From Malacoraja senta (lineage: Eukaryota): a stretch of DNA of 63,889 nucleotides. The notes beneath the pieces were generated by a model that saw only the letters and a program-made list of their open reading frames with translations, was not told where the DNA came from and made no database searches. The stretch is from the NCBI GenBank assembly GCA_038087875.1, contig CM075989.1, positions 21,888,001 to 21,951,889 of the forward strand, written 5' to 3'. Below are positions 1 to 12,709 of the stretch, in pieces (within the stretch, counting starts at the first letter, position 1; every line of letters starts with the position of its first letter). A program made the position numbers and the translations under genes.

Positions 1-51
1 TAAAGAAGGCAAACTCAACGCTAGCATTTATTTCAAGAGGGCTTGTGTACA

Positions 52-193
52 ATTGCCTAGGTATAATTGCAAATTGTCCCTAGTGTGTGTAGGATAGTAT
101 TAGTTTGTGGGGATCGCTGGGTGGTGCGGACTCAATGGGCCGAAGGGCCTGTTTCCACGCTGTATCTCTAAACTAAACTAAACTAAACTAAAA
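52..193 (+). mobile_element. HE1/V-SINE-type SINE, 3' half
   Basis: AAATTGTCCCTAGTGTG...TGGGCCGAAGGGCCTGTTTCC...(TAAAC)n tail, as in the full copies in this window. Confidence 0.85.
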
Positions 194-342
194 CAGACCA
201 TTAATATTTTTTTATTGGGCTAAATGATTTTAAAATATAAATCTAACAGAACAACACAGTACGTCAGAATCCTAAAAAGTTATTTTTCTTAGTGCATGAA
301 TTTGAAAGAGAGACATTTTGGGAGTGATTGTAGTTCATTGTT

Positions 343-548
343 GAAACATGGAAATGCAGATGCTGGATTACAAATAAAGAGACACAAAGTGTTGGAATAA
401 CTCAAAGGGTCAGGCAGCATCTCTGGAGGACATGGTGAGGTGACATTTCGGGTCTGAAGAAGGGTCCCGGGACCTGAAGTGTCACTTATCCGTGTTCTCC
501 AGAGATGCTGCTTGGCCCGTTGAGTTACTCCAGAGCCTTGCATCTTTT
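343..548. mobile_element. Penelope pLTR-derived palindromic element (degenerate)
   Basis: Inverted arms (GCAGCATCTCTGGAG / CTCCAGAGATGCTGC) around CTGAAGAAGGGTC. Confidence 0.7.
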
Positions 549-894
549 CTTGGTTAATTCTTGCTTGGAACCAAGTGATGGAACTATTGTACGGAAGATA
601 AAGAGTTATAGGTTTAGGCAAGCAAGCCTCTTCCTGAAGTGTAAATACCACGTGATGTGACAAATGTGTGCACAGTTTATATTGAAATCTTTTGTTTCCA
701 AAATACTCTTGGTGAGCTGAGCACACTTTTTTAAAAATCAAATCTACAAAGTGAACTGACTTCCTTTCATTGATCAGCCTAAGGACATTACAATAGCAAA
801 CTTGTATTTTCCACACATTTTTTTAAAGACGAAGAAATATGTTTTGAGAATTACATTGGAACGGTTGTTAATGGGATTTCCCATTGTGCTGCCT

Positions 895-1300
895 CAAAAG
901 ATGGCATCTACCATCATGTACCTCACTATCTGGGCCATGCCATCTTCCCACTGCCAACATCGGGCAGGGGGTGCAGAAGTCCCAAATTTGATAAGATTGG
1001 ATTCAGGAATGGTTACTTTCTTACACCCTCAGGTTCATGAATCGAGATGCATAACCCGAATCCTACCTCCGTAACAGAACACCATGGACCACCTCCTGCA
1101 TGGACTTGTTTTCTAATTGCATTTTGCCCTAAAGTCTTGTTTTTGCAGATTTATTTTCTTTTCATTGTCTTGCATAAGTTACGTACGATTTGTTTTTTTG
1201 TCATGTTGTCCAAGTTTGTTTGCCTGTGATGCAGCTGCAAGCAAGATTTCCACTGGACCTGTACGTCACTAGACTTGTACATATGACAATAAATTCAGAA
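895..1300 (+). mobile_element. Old Rex1/Babar LINE 3' fragment
   Basis: Decayed HPGH..LPSGRR..RFRNSYF-type C-terminal coding sequence; tail GCAAG..ATTTC..TGACAATAAA. Confidence 0.6.
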
Positions 1301-1404
1301 TGTACTGTAGAAACAACGAACTGTAGATGCTGGCTAATACACAAAAGGTCACTGGAGTAACTCAGCAGGTCAGGCAGTATCTCTGGAGAACATGGATAGT
1401 CATC

Positions 1405-1822
1405 GAGCAATACAGTGTGGAAACAAGCCCCTCAGCCCAACTTGCCCACACCGGCCAACATGTCCCAGCTACACTAGTCCCACCATGTTTGGTCCATATC
1501 CCTCCAAACCTGTCCTATCCATGTACCTGTCTAATTGTGTCTTAAACATTGGGATAGTCCCAGCCTCAACTACCTCTTCGAGCAGCTTGTTCCATACACC
1601 CACCACTCTTTGTGTGAAAAAGTTACCCCTCAGACTCCTATTAAATCTTTTTCCCTTCACCGTAAACCTATATCCTCTGGTCCTCGATTCACCTACTCTG
1701 AGCAAGAGACTCTGTGCATCAACCCGATCTATTCCTCTTCTGATTTTATACACCTCTAGATGATCACCCCTCATCCTCCTGCGCTCCAAGGAATAGTGTC
1801 GCAGCCGACTCAACCTCTCAAT
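1405..1822 (-). mobile_element. CR1/HER1-type LINE 3' fragment nested in a pLTR element
   Basis: ORF 1469-1843 minus reads YSLERRRMRGD...RTRG...FFTQRVVGVWNKL (CR1 ORF2 C-terminus); host pLTR halves at about 1308-1400 and 1823-1932. Confidence 0.9.
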
Positions 1823-2130
1823 AGGTGACGATGTTAAGGTCAAAGAAGGGTCTCGACCTGAAACATCACCTATCCATGTTCTCCAGGGACGCTACCCAAC
1901 CTGATGAGTTACTCCAGCACTTTGTGTCCTTTTGCCAATATATTCAACTTGACTTGACATTAGGCTATGTCATAGAAGCAAAATACTCTGGTACAAGAAG
2001 TCCCAACTCAAATTATTAACGATCCATGTCCTCCAGAGATACTGCCTGGCCTGCTGAGTTACTCCAGCACTTCACGTTGTACATTAAACACTATTAACAC
2101 TCAGGAGATCAGGGAGAATGCCTGGTGTAA

Positions 2131-2396
2131 TGGGCCTGTCCCACTTACGCAAATACCGTCACAGTTGCAGCAGGTCGCCGAAAATTTTCAACATGTTGAA
2201 AATCCAGCAGCGACCAGAACAAGGTACAACTCTTTGGGCGACTACTCATGACCACACAGGCTTCACCCTGCGACATGTCGCCAGGGAGTCGTCTGTGTGG
2301 TCGTGAGTCATCTCCTCAGTCGCTCAAAGAGTCGTAGCGTCCTTCTGGTCGCCGTTGAATTTTCAACGTTGAAGTCACGTAAGTGGGACAGGCCCA
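2131..2396. mobile_element. PIF/Harbinger-type MITE
   Basis: TIR TGGGCCTGTCCCACTTACG / CGTAAGTGGGACAGGCCCA; TAA TSD at 2128-2130 and 2397-2399. Confidence 0.9.
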
Positions 2397-2500
2397 TAAG
2401 AAACAGAGTTACAATTGCATTTCTCAGTCTGAAGAAGGGTCTTGACCCGAAACATCACCCGTTCGTTCTATTCAGAGATGCTGCCTGTCCCGATGAGTTA

Positions 2501-3009
2501 AGGGTCCTGTCCCACTTGGGCGACCTAATTGGCGAGTATAGAAGAGTGTAAAAAAATGACATGCTGAAGACCTCCTTCGACTATGTAGAAGACCTCCTTC
2601 GACTAGCTATGACTAACTTCGGGAAAATTGGACACCGAATAGTGGAGAGTGAAGACGACCTCCTTCGATCTCCTTCGACCTCCCTTCGACCTCCCTTCGA
2701 CTATGATGAAGACTATCTACGACTACCTTTGACTACCTTCGATTACCTACGACTAACACGCCAACCTACTTCGACTAAAAAAGTATCCATTTTTTCCATG
2801 GCGATCTTTTTTTACTCGCGGGCATTTTTTATCAGGTTGAAAAAAACGCCACGACCTAGCTGAGGCCTCGAGTAGACGGAGACCACTCTCAAGCATGAAG
2901 GAGAGTTATGAAGACCTCCTGCGACCTCGTGTCGACCATGCTGCGAGTATTAGTCGAGGGCAAACTCGGCAGAACTCGCGGATTAGGTCGCCCAAGTGGG
3001 GCAGGCCCT
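2501..3009. mobile_element. PIF/Harbinger-type MITE inserted in a pLTR element
   Basis: TIR AGGGTCCTGTCCCACTTGGGCGACCTAAT / ATTAGGTCGCCCAAGTGGGGCAGGCCCT; TTA TSD; removing it restores GAGTTACTCCAGC; internal CGAC-rich repeats. Confidence 0.9.
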
Positions 3010-3261
3010 TTACTCCAGCATTTTCTGACTATCTTCGGTGTAAACCAGCATCTACAGTTCCTTCCTACTATTCCATGTCGGTGACCAATTTCTTGTCTAC
3101 ACCATTGCTTTGCTCTGCTCCTAACTATTCAGTTACCTGCAAAAATAACTCCAGCAAGTGCTGCAGACAAGTAACTCATTTGTCTGCTGCACTTGCTGGG
3201 CTTGTGGTACAAGCACATTTTGATACACATGTTAAGAGTTTCAGGAGAGAAGACTACGATA

Positions 3262-3582
3262 ATAATATGATACGATACGATACGATAGAACTTTGTTTAT
3301 CCCAGGAGGGAAATTGATCTGCCAACAGTCATAAAAACACAAAATACATGAAATTAAAGTGACGAGTGGAAAGGATTTAGGATTGGGGAGAGGAGGGTGG
3401 GGAGGAGGGCGGGGGGTGGGGGAGGGGAGTCAGTCTCAGTCTACCCCACGACAGAAGGGGGAGGACTTGTACAGTTTGATAGCCACAGGGAAGAAGGATC
3501 TCCTGTGGCATTCTGTGCTGCATCTTGGTGGAACCAGTCTGTTGCTGAAGGTGCTCCTCAGGTTGACCAGTGTGGCATGGAG
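3262..3582 (-). mobile_element. Rex1/Babar LINE 3' end
   Basis: Minus strand encodes TKMQHRMPQEILLP / AIKLY-like C-terminus; (TATCG)n tail. Confidence 0.65.
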
Positions 3583-3904
3583 GTACAATATACACTTATA
3601 CCAAGCCAATTAACCTACAAACTACGTCTTTAGAGTGCGGGAGGAAACCACAGATCTTCCAAAGATCTTGGAGAAAAACCCACGCAGGTCACGGGGAGGC
3701 CGTGCAAACTCCTTACAGCCAAGCGCCCGTAGTCTGGATCGAACCCGAGTCTCTAGCGCTGGAGGCAGCAACTCTACCACTGCGCCACCATAATTAAATA
3801 AATTATCTAAGCAATCACCATAGATCTTCCTAACCTTCCCAATGCAATAATGGTTTGGAATTTTGCCAGAGAAGCTCCTTAATCATCTTGCTTCCCACTC
3901 ACAA

Positions 3905-4237
3905 CGGCCGGCAAGGTATTTCAGCGATAGAGCGGCTGCCTAACAGCACCAGAGACCCGGGTTCAATCCTGACTACGGGAGCTCTCTGCACGGAGTGTGT
4001 ACGTTCTCCCCATGACCTGCGTGGCTTTTCTCCGGGTGCTCCGGTTTCCTCCCACGCTCCATATACGTGCAGGTTTGGAGGTTAATTTGGCTACGGTAAA
4101 AAATTGTAAATTGAACCTAGTTTCCAAGTTATAGTGTTAGTGTGCGTGGATCGCTGGTCGGTAGTGTTAGTGTGCGTGGATCGCTGGTCGGTGCGGACTT
4201 GGTGGGCCGAAGGGCCTGTTCCTGCGCTGTATCTATG
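3905..4237 (+). mobile_element. HE1/V-SINE-type SINE
   Basis: tRNA head with B box GGTTCAATCC, V-domain GTTCTCCCC..TCCGGTTTCCTCCCAC, LINE-like tail; internal 30-bp tandem duplication near 4132-4191. Confidence 0.85.
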
Positions 4238-4320
4238 AGTGATTTTTGTTATTATTAGTATTGTCTCGCTGCTCATTCTCGGTGATTCCACCGGCCCTAC
4301 AACTACTCCCCTCTGACTAT

Positions 4321-4356
4321 CAGTCTGAAGAAGGGTCTCGATCCGAAACGTCACCT
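4321..4356 (+). ncRNA. Minimal hammerhead ribozyme motif in Penelope pLTR
   Basis: CTGAAGA - AGGGTCTCGATCC - GAAAC GTC. Confidence 0.6.
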
Positions 4357-5429
4357 ATCCCTTCTCTCCGGAGATGCTGCCTGACCCGCTGGGTTACTCC
4401 AGCATTTTGTGTCTACGTATCATCATGGTTGTGTTCATATTACTCATGCGTGGGACATTACATGCAGAAGTAATTTGTTAATTGGTTAATACAAACAAGT
4501 CGGATATAAATGGTAATAAAATGTAAAACTCACACACATACACACGCACACGTTTAATAAAATATGATTTTCTATATAAATGTAGTCACTGCAATTTTGA
4601 AGTCTCTAACGTTACAATGGGCAATTGAAAAAATTAGTTTTATTAATAATTCAGGAGGATTTTTAATGTGATAATGGACCACAAGACATTGAAATGGTGA
4701 AATTTAATTTTGCATTTTACATGTGCAAAGGTTCTTTCAAAGCAGAGCTGATATTAAGCATATAAATTACACTTTACTTTCTTAGACAGGACAATCCTTG
4801 AAGAGTGTTTCATTTCACTCAGGTACTTAGTCAGATCTTTAAGTATTTTGCCAAAGGGAGGTGGAGGAATTCGGAAAGGGGGTGTAAGTTTAAGGCCCCC
4901 CCCCCCCCAGCAGCACCCAAAGGTCCCGGAAATCCCCCGGGTCGCCTGTGGACAGCGCATAGTCCCCTTTCTAAAACCACCCGGGCGAGGAAGTAACCCC
5001 GGAAAACAGCCGGCTCGGGCAAGAGTTGAAGGGTTGTTGGGGAGGGGGCGGGGGTTAAACATTATTTAATCGAGCTGGGTTAGCAATGGGCAGGAGCAGC
5101 ACTTTGTAATAAACCAAGTAGGTGATGCCCTTCAGAAAGAGGAAGGTCCAGAACTCAAACAGGCATGAAAACAGAAAATGGCTTTCAAATTATGCTGGGG
5201 AGAGAATAATTCATCGGAAGTTTAAATCAGCACCGTACCCTCAGATGGCATCAGTGATGTCAGACATCGTAAATAAAGATACACAACACATTTTGTCAGT
5301 TCGACTTGTTTCTCTGGTTTAATTTATTAAAGTACTATATTCCAGATGGCTTTGCCAAGTTGTTCAGCATGGCCCTGCAGTCTGTATGAACTACAGTCGG
5401 TTTAATGCTGAAAGGACAAGGACAGTGGG

Positions 5430-5705
5430 AGGCACGGTGGCGCAGCGGTAGAGTTGCTGCCTCACAGCGCCAGAGACTCGGGTTTGATCCTGACTAGGGG
5501 TGCTGTCTGTACGGAGTTTGTACGTTCTCCCCGTGACCTGCGTGGGTTTTTTCCCGGGGCTCCGGTTTCCTCCAACACTCCAAAGGCGTGCAGGTTAATT
5601 GGCTTTGGTAAGGATTGTAAATTGTCCCTAGTGTGTGTGTAGGATAGTGCTAGTCGGTGTGGACTTGGTCTGTGTACTGTTGCCGTGCTGTATCTCTAAA
5701 CTAAA
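5430..5705 (+). mobile_element. HE1/V-SINE-type SINE
   Basis: A box TGGCGCAGCGG at 5438-5448, B box GGTTTGATCC, V-domain, TAAAC tail. Confidence 0.9.
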
Positions 5706-6259
5706 AATGACCCAGCAATGGGGCAAAACTAGGCAGGAACATTAGATCTGCAGCAGTGTCAGAGACCCGGGTTCGATCTTAACTTCCGGTGCTGTCTGCG
5801 TGGAGTTTGCACCTCCTCCCTATGACCCCGTGGGTTGTCACTGGGTGCTCCGGTTTCCGCCCACACTCCCAAAGAGGTTAATTAGCTTCTGTACATTGCC
5901 TCAAATGTGTAAGGTTCATGAGAAAGTGAGATATCTTTAAACTAGCGTGAGTAAGTGACCAATGGTCAGCGTGGATTTGATGGGCCGAATTCCACGCTGT
6001 ATTTCTAAAGTAAAGAAGGTAACGATTGTCATGAAAATGCATAAACATTTTCCTCTCCTTTAACATACATCGAATTGCTATGGTTCATACCATAAGACCA
6101 TAATACATATGAGCAAAATTAGGCTGCACTGCCATTCGATCATGGCTGATCTATTTTCCCCTCTAAACCCCATTCTCCTGCCTTCTTTCTGTAACCTTTG
6201 ATGTTATATTCAAGGCTCTGATGAATAAGCCACCCCTCACCTGTATCCACCTATATCTT

Positions 6260-6465
6260 GCGTAGGAAGGAACTGCAGATGCTGGCTTTAACCAAAGATA
6301 GACACAAAATGCTGGAGGAACTCAGTGGGACAGGCAGCATCTCTGGAGAGAAGGAATGGGTGACGTTTCGGGTCTGAAGAAGGATCTCGACCCGAAACGT
6401 CATCCATTCCTTCTCTCCAGAGATGCTGACTGTCCCGCTGAGTTCCTCCAGCATTTTGTGTCTCT
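6260..6465. mobile_element. Penelope pLTR palindromic element with hammerhead core
   Basis: Near-perfect inverted arms; CTGAAGA at 6374, GAAACGTC at 6394-6401. Confidence 0.8.
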
Positions 6466-7229
6466 CCACCAATCTCTTCCCAGGCTTTGTTCCTAGTTTT
6501 CTGCCTGAAAAAGAGTCCCGACCTGAAACGTTGCCTTTCCATGTCCTCCAGAGATGCTGCCTGACCCGCTGAGTTACTTTTAAACTCCGTTCTATCCAAA
6601 AAAACGTAAACTATGCTGTCATCAACCGGAGAGCTCTCCTGACCTACAGTATTCGGATACCTTCATACTATCTTTGATCAGTCTTTACTGGACCTTAACT
6701 TGCACTAAACACTATTCCCTTTATACTGTATCTATACAGTGTGGACGTCTCGACTATAATCATGCATAGTCCTTTCACTGACTGGATTGGAGAGCACGCA
6801 ACAAAAAAAGCTTTGCACTGTACCTCGATACATGTGACAATAATAGATTTAACTAAACTAAACAAAGACTCAATTCATTACAGCTTTGTTATGTTTCTGT
6901 TGAAGGTAGACACAAAATTCTGGAGTAACTCAGCGGGACAGGCAGCATCTCTGGAGAGAAGGAATGGGTGGCATTTCGGGTCGAGACCCTTCTTCCGACT
7001 TCTCCAGTTATTTTTCTGTTGTTTGGAGGTACGCGCAACTTTCTTAAGTGTATTTGTTATGTTGCAACTTTAATAGGTCGAGAGTGGTGCATGGGTCATA
7101 TGTTTCTTCATACATAGTTATTTTCACCATCGACACATTATAGGTCATGTGTATTTTTGTCTATTGGCCCAGGAAGCTTTCACAGCTTTTCTGGGTCATC
7201 ACTTCACCTTATTGCCGGGTGTTCTACTT

Positions 7230-7590
7230 CAAGATTCAAGAGATGCAAGAGAGTTCATTGTCATGTGTCCCAGATAGGACAATGAAACTCTTGCTTTGCT
7301 TCAGCACAACAGAATATAGTAGGCAAAAATAAATACAGAACAGAACAGAACAGATGAGTGTGACCATATACCCATGAATATATATGTATATACACACATA
7401 AATAATCAAATAAAGTGCAATGGGCTGTTAATGATCAGAGTTGAGTTGAGTTGAGTTTAATAGTCTGATGGCTGTGGGGAAGCAGCTATTCCTGAACCTG
7501 GATGTTGCAGATTTCAGGCTCCTGTACCTTCAACCTGAAGGCAGCGGGGAGATGAATGAGTGGCCAGGATGGTGTGGGTCCTTGATGATA
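7230..7590 (-). mobile_element. Rex1/Babar LINE 3' fragment
   Basis: Minus strand reads IIKDPHHPGH..LPSG*RYRSLK..RFRNSCFPTAIRLLN; (CTTGAAT)n-like tail. Confidence 0.8.
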
Positions 7591-7844
7591 CTTAAATATA
7601 GTGCCGTTTTTTTATAAGTAAAGATCAGCAATTTAGAGAGAGTTTGCATAGGACAGAGCGTGATAAAGCTGACGAAGACTCATAACTTCAGAACTCTTCT
7701 GGCCTGGTGAGGCTGTGGAAAAAAAACAAGATAGCAAAGACAGTTGCTCAGATTCTTGAGACTAAAGTCACTATCAATCTAAACTAATGTTTACACGCCA
7801 GAGCTAGTTTTACCTTCTGTTTCCTCTATGTACATACTTTCATA

Positions 7845-8180
7845 AGTTCATCAGTGATAGGAGCAGAATTTGGCCATTCGGCCCATCAAGTCTACTCTGC
7901 CATTCAAAGATGGCTGATCTACCTCTTCTTCCTAACTCCATTCTCCTGCCTTCTCCCCATAACCCCTGGCACCCGTACTAATCAAAAATCTCCGCCTTCA
8001 AAATATTGATTGACTTGTCCTCCACAGCCTTCTGTGGTAATAAATTCTACAGATTCACCACCCTCTGATTGAAGAAATTCCTCCTCATCTCCTTCCTAAA
8101 GGAACGTCCTTTAATTCAGAGACGGTGACCTCTGGTTCTGGACTCTCCCACTAGTGGAAACATCCCCTCCACATCCACTC
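7845..8180 (-). mobile_element. CR1 LINE 3' fragment
   Basis: GAATGG..CAGCCAT..GGAGAAGGCAGG 3' UTR and degenerate FFxQRVVNL coding end. Confidence 0.85.
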
Positions 8181-8859
8181 GGACAGTTTCTGCATCAGTT
8201 GCTTTTCAGTCTTCTATAGAATTTCTGATGACTGATTATATTTTGGATTTGTGACCCAGTTTTACAACAGTGCTCTCAATTTCCTCGTCTGGGCTTCCTT
8301 GTTCATTGGCTGGATAATATCTTGAATGAACAGAAAGATAAGAATCAGGGATGAATAATGTTCTGTGTGTGATAGTGCCTGATGCATTGATCTCAATTGG
8401 CTTTGAGGGGCTGGAGAAATACCTGCAAAATCTTTTGTTTCCCGTAAATACATTAGAAAGAATCACTGACAATGCCTTTGGAATAATAGCCTCAGTTATC
8501 TAAATACATTTTCTCAGTTTACGATAATGGCAGGTAAAGTTTAGCAGTCCTGACCTACTATCTACCTTATTGGTGACCCTCGGACTATGCTTGCACTAAA
8601 AATTATTCCCATATCACGTATGCTGGCTCGAAGGGCTGAATGGCCTACTCCTGCACCTGTTGTCTATTGTCTATTGTATCTGTACACTGTTATGGCTCGA
8701 TTGTAATCGTGTGTAGTCTTTCCGCAGTCTGGATAGCGCGCAACAAAAGCTTCTCACTGTACCTCGGTACACGTGACAATAAACTAAACTGTAAATGTAG
8801 GCATGAGGAACTGGTGTCAGGGGTTGTGGGGAGAAGGCAAGAGAATGGAATTGAGAGGG

Positions 8860-9240
8860 AGCTCATTGAAGCATAAAGAATAGTGGGTAGCTTGGATAGA
8901 GTGGATGTGGAGACGATGTTTCCACCAGTGGGAGAGTCTAGGACTAGAGGTTATAGCCTACGAAGTAAAGGACATTCTTTTAGGAATGAGGTGAGGAGAA
9001 ATTTCTTTAGTCAGAGGGTGGTGAATCTCTGGAATTCCTTGCCACAGAAGGCTGTGGAGGCCAAGTCGGTGGATATTTTTTAGGCAGAGATAGATAGATT
9101 CTTGATTAGTACAGGTGTCAGAGGTTACGGGGAGAAGGCAGGAGAATGGAGTTAGGAGGGAAAGATAGATCAGCCATGATTGAATGGAGGATTAGACTTG
9201 ATGGGCCGAATGGCCTTATTTTGCTCAAGGCACTTATGAA
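8860..9240 (+). mobile_element. CR1 LINE 3' fragment
   Basis: ORF 8883-9083 reads LDRVD..GESRTRG..FFSQRVVNLWNSLP. Confidence 0.9.
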
Positions 9241-10192
9241 CTGCAGATGTTGATTTACCAAAATAGACACAAAATGCTGGAGTAACTCAGCGGGACAGGC
9301 AGCATCTCTGGAGAGAAGGAATGGGTGACGTTTTGGGTCGAGACCCTTCTTCAGACTTTGGGGTACATGGATAGGACAGGTTTAGAGGGATATGGGCCAA
9401 ATGCAGGCAGGTGGGACTAGTGTTGGTGGGACATGTTGGCCGGCATGGGCAAGTTGGGCCGAAGGGCCTGATTCCACGCTGTGTGACTCTATGACAACTA
9501 GGCTGGGGGAGGTGGGGGTAAGAGAGAGGGAATGCAGGGGTAACGTGAAATTACAGTTGTGTCGGCCATGCAGGCAACTCAACCGTGGCTGAAAATTAGT
9601 AAGGATCCTGCCAGTGAGTACATGTGTTTTGATTAACAAGAGTCCCTGCCAACAACATGAAATGCAAAAACTGTCCGTTGTGTTTGTAGCCAGGAGATTA
9701 ATGACAACTTTGCCTCTGTTATGATTATGAATTTTGGAATTTTTTTCAAGAAGAAGGCGTGGTAACGAAAGGTATATTTTCCTCAGGAAGCTGGATGTCA
9801 TTTGTAAGTTCAGTATTTCATTGGAAGAGAAGATAAGACAAACAAATTCACCACGATGGAAAATAGTTTTATGAGGCTCAATGAATAAATTGTTTTCTTG
9901 TGTTGCAGTATATTAATACTCCCATCCTCTACATCACATGCCAGAGGAAAGGGAGGTAACCATTTCATTCTTCCTCTGCAGTGAATCTAATTGTGAATCT
10001 GTCAGTAGTGGACATGGTTTATCTCATCGGGTTGGAGGACTAGTTCGATGCCAACCGCAGTGATTGCCGGCAACTTAATTCAATGGGGAAAGTTTTCCTG
10101 ACACTTTCAAACTGTTGATGACCCGATGAAGTTTGGCATGAGCAACATGAAAATATTAAGGTCGTTCATGACTGCCATTTGTTAAATGAGAT

Positions 10193-10646
10193 AGGCACAA
10201 AATAGCAGGAGTAACTCAGAGGATCAGGCAGCATCTCCGGAGAAAAGGAATAGATGATGTTTCGACTCGAGACCCTTCTTCAGAGCTGAAACGTCGCCTA
10301 TTCCTTCTCTCCAGAGATGCTGCCTGTCCTGCTGAGTTACTCCAGCGTCTTGTGTCTATCTTTGGTTTGAACCAGTATCTGCAGTTCCTTCCTACACATT
10401 AAGATAATTGTCATTGTCAAATGAGAACATGAGATAGACACAAAAAGCTGGAGTAACTCAACGGGTCAGGCAGCATCCCTGGAGAAAAGGAATAGGTGAC
10501 GTTTCCGTTTCGGGTCAAGACCCTTCTTCAGAGCTGAAACGTCACCAATTCCTTTTCTCCAGAGATGCTGCCTGTCCCGCTGAGTCACTCCAGCTTTTTG
10601 TGTCTATCTTCGGTTTAAACCAGCATCTGCAGTTCCTTCCTACACA
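10193..10646. mobile_element. Tandem pair of Penelope pLTR palindromic elements
   Basis: Two near-identical palindromic units flanked by TTGTTAAATGAGAT at 10179-10192 and 10647-10660. Confidence 0.8.
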
Positions 10647-10679
10647 TTGTTAAATGAGATGTGGTTTGTGGATTTGCTC

Positions 10680-10835
10680 GACTGTGGCCCTGAAAGAGAA
10701 GGAATGTTTGCTGGATGTGCCCTGTATGTTTTAAAGTATTGCTTATTGCTTCTATCACTGAAATGGCTTCCTGCGCACGATTGTTTATGTACATAAATGT
10801 AACATCAAAAGAGATCATTGCTTCATCCTCTCTGC
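10680..10835 (-). pseudogene. Ancient Penelope-like RT remnant
   Basis: EDEAMISFDVTFMYINN..EAI..TFLLFQG resembles the PLE RT motif SFDVxSL(F/Y)TNIP..EA..YF.FNG. Confidence 0.5.
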
Positions 10836-10999
10836 TGCTGGAGCTTATGATGTGTTCAGCAAAGCAGGAGGAAACTCTGGCCGTGCATTTACTTCCTGAC
10901 AAGATGGTCTAAGAATCAATGTTAAATATTTGGCAGCAGTGAAAAAAAGCGTTGGCAGCAGCTGAAATGGTGGATCAAGCTGGATATTGTTTTTTTAAA

Positions 11000-11311
11000 T
11001 AGTTTAGTTTAGTTTAGAGATACAGCGCGGAAACAGGCCCTTCGGCCCACCGAGTCCCCACCGACCAGCGATCCCAGCACACTAACACTATCCTACACAC
11101 ACTAAGGACAATTTATACTTATACCAAGCCAATTAACCTACAAACCTGCACGTATTTGGAGTGTGGGAGGAAACCGGAGATCTCGGAGGAAACTCACGTG
11201 GTCACAGGGAGAACGTACAAACTCCGTACAGACAAGCACCCGTAGTCGGGATCGAACCCGGTCTCCAGCGCTGTGAGGCAGTCACTATACCACTGTGCCA
11301 CCGTGCCGCCC
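11000..11311 (-). mobile_element. HE1/V-SINE-type SINE
   Basis: Full reverse copy with B box and (GTTTA)n tail. Confidence 0.9.
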
Positions 11312-12709
11312 TCTAATACTACACCTATATAAAACTATTTGAAGCTAAACATATATCCAATTCTACTGAAACCTAATTCACTGCTATTATGCACGGATCG
11401 CATCATGAAAAAAAGAGATTACATCCTCTTTTATTCAATGGTAGTTCCGGACTTTGGAAAACGGAAACAGTGGTCAGGAATTATAGCCACAATTGTACTT
11501 TTGCCAGCTTCGATTTCACTAAATTGAACATGCAGTAACAATAACTCTGAAAGGCCCTGGGGTTTGGCACAGCTATTGTGTATAATTTGAAAATGAAGTC
11601 TCAATAAGTTTTCAAATTGGCCACGCACATTGTTATCGAGCTTTTTGCAAACAGAATGTACATCGAGGATGTTTTCAATAAGGAGGACATTTGCATATTG
11701 AAACCGATGCCTGAGGAAAGTTTAGTTTTGGAAATGAACTGCAGATTGGAATGCCATTGGAATGCCATTTTTATTGTCACCACACACGTGTACAATGAGA
11801 TTAAAAGCAGCTCGTACTCAGTGCAGACATGTAATTAGTTCAAAAAACAAAGAAACAAAACAAAACAAAAGGGGGGGGGGGGATAAGGTGCACAGTTCTG
11901 CAGCGCTATATACATATCTATAAAAATTCTGCTGGTTTACACCAAAGATAGACACAAAATGCTGGGTGTAACTCAACGGGTCAGGCAACATCTCTGGAGA
12001 TAAATGAGTAGGTGACGTTTTGGGTCAGAACCCTTCTTCAGACTGCAGTAATGCTACAACACGTACGTTTATTAATTGTCCATGCCAGCATCTACCGTTA
12101 TACAAAAAAACACTGCTACAAACTATTATCATTCACTTTGCCATCGTGGTTATCAAAGGGTTCGGGGAGAAGGCACAAATCTATGATCTAGGAGAATAGG
12201 GTTGAAAAAAAAAAAAGATCAGCCATGATTGAATGGCAGAATAGACTCGATGGGCCGAATGACCCAATTCTGCTCCTATGACATGTGAACTCTGACCCCC
12301 ACCTTTGCTATAAATAATTTTACAATGAGCAATTAATCAGTGGGTAGAAAGTGAAGGAAAAGGCTGTTTCAGTTTAGTTTATTGTCAAGTGTACCGAGGT
12401 ACAGTGAAAAGCTTTTGTTGCATGCCAACCAGTCAGCGGAAAGACAATACATGATCACCATCGAGCGGTTTACAGTGTATAGATACATGATAAAGGGAAT
12501 AACATTCAGTACAAGGTAAAGCCAGTAAAGTCCGATCAAGGATAGTCCAAGTGTACCCCATCAATGAGGTAGATAGTAGTTCCTGACGGCTCTCTGTTTG
12601 TGGTAGGATGATGAAAAAGGTCAAAGGGAGAACATGCAAACTCCAAACAGACATCACGGGAGGTCAGAATGGAACCTGAGTTGCTGGAGTCAAGAGGTGG
12701 CAATACTAG

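Noticed and set aside
4850..5060. GC-rich patch as a promoter or exon
   Set aside because: Short and homopolymer-rich with no supporting gene structure; may be low-quality sequence.
5431..5500. tRNA genes at A-box/B-box sites
   Set aside because: These are tRNA-derived SINE heads running into the V-domain, not stand-alone tRNAs.
8236..8472. Minus-strand 78-aa ORF with a TTTTGCAG acceptor-like site
   Set aside because: No recognisable domain and no good donor.
10025..10130. Inverted repeat TCATCGGGT...ACCCGATGA as a MITE
   Set aside because: Only 9 bp, no TSD, single occurrence.
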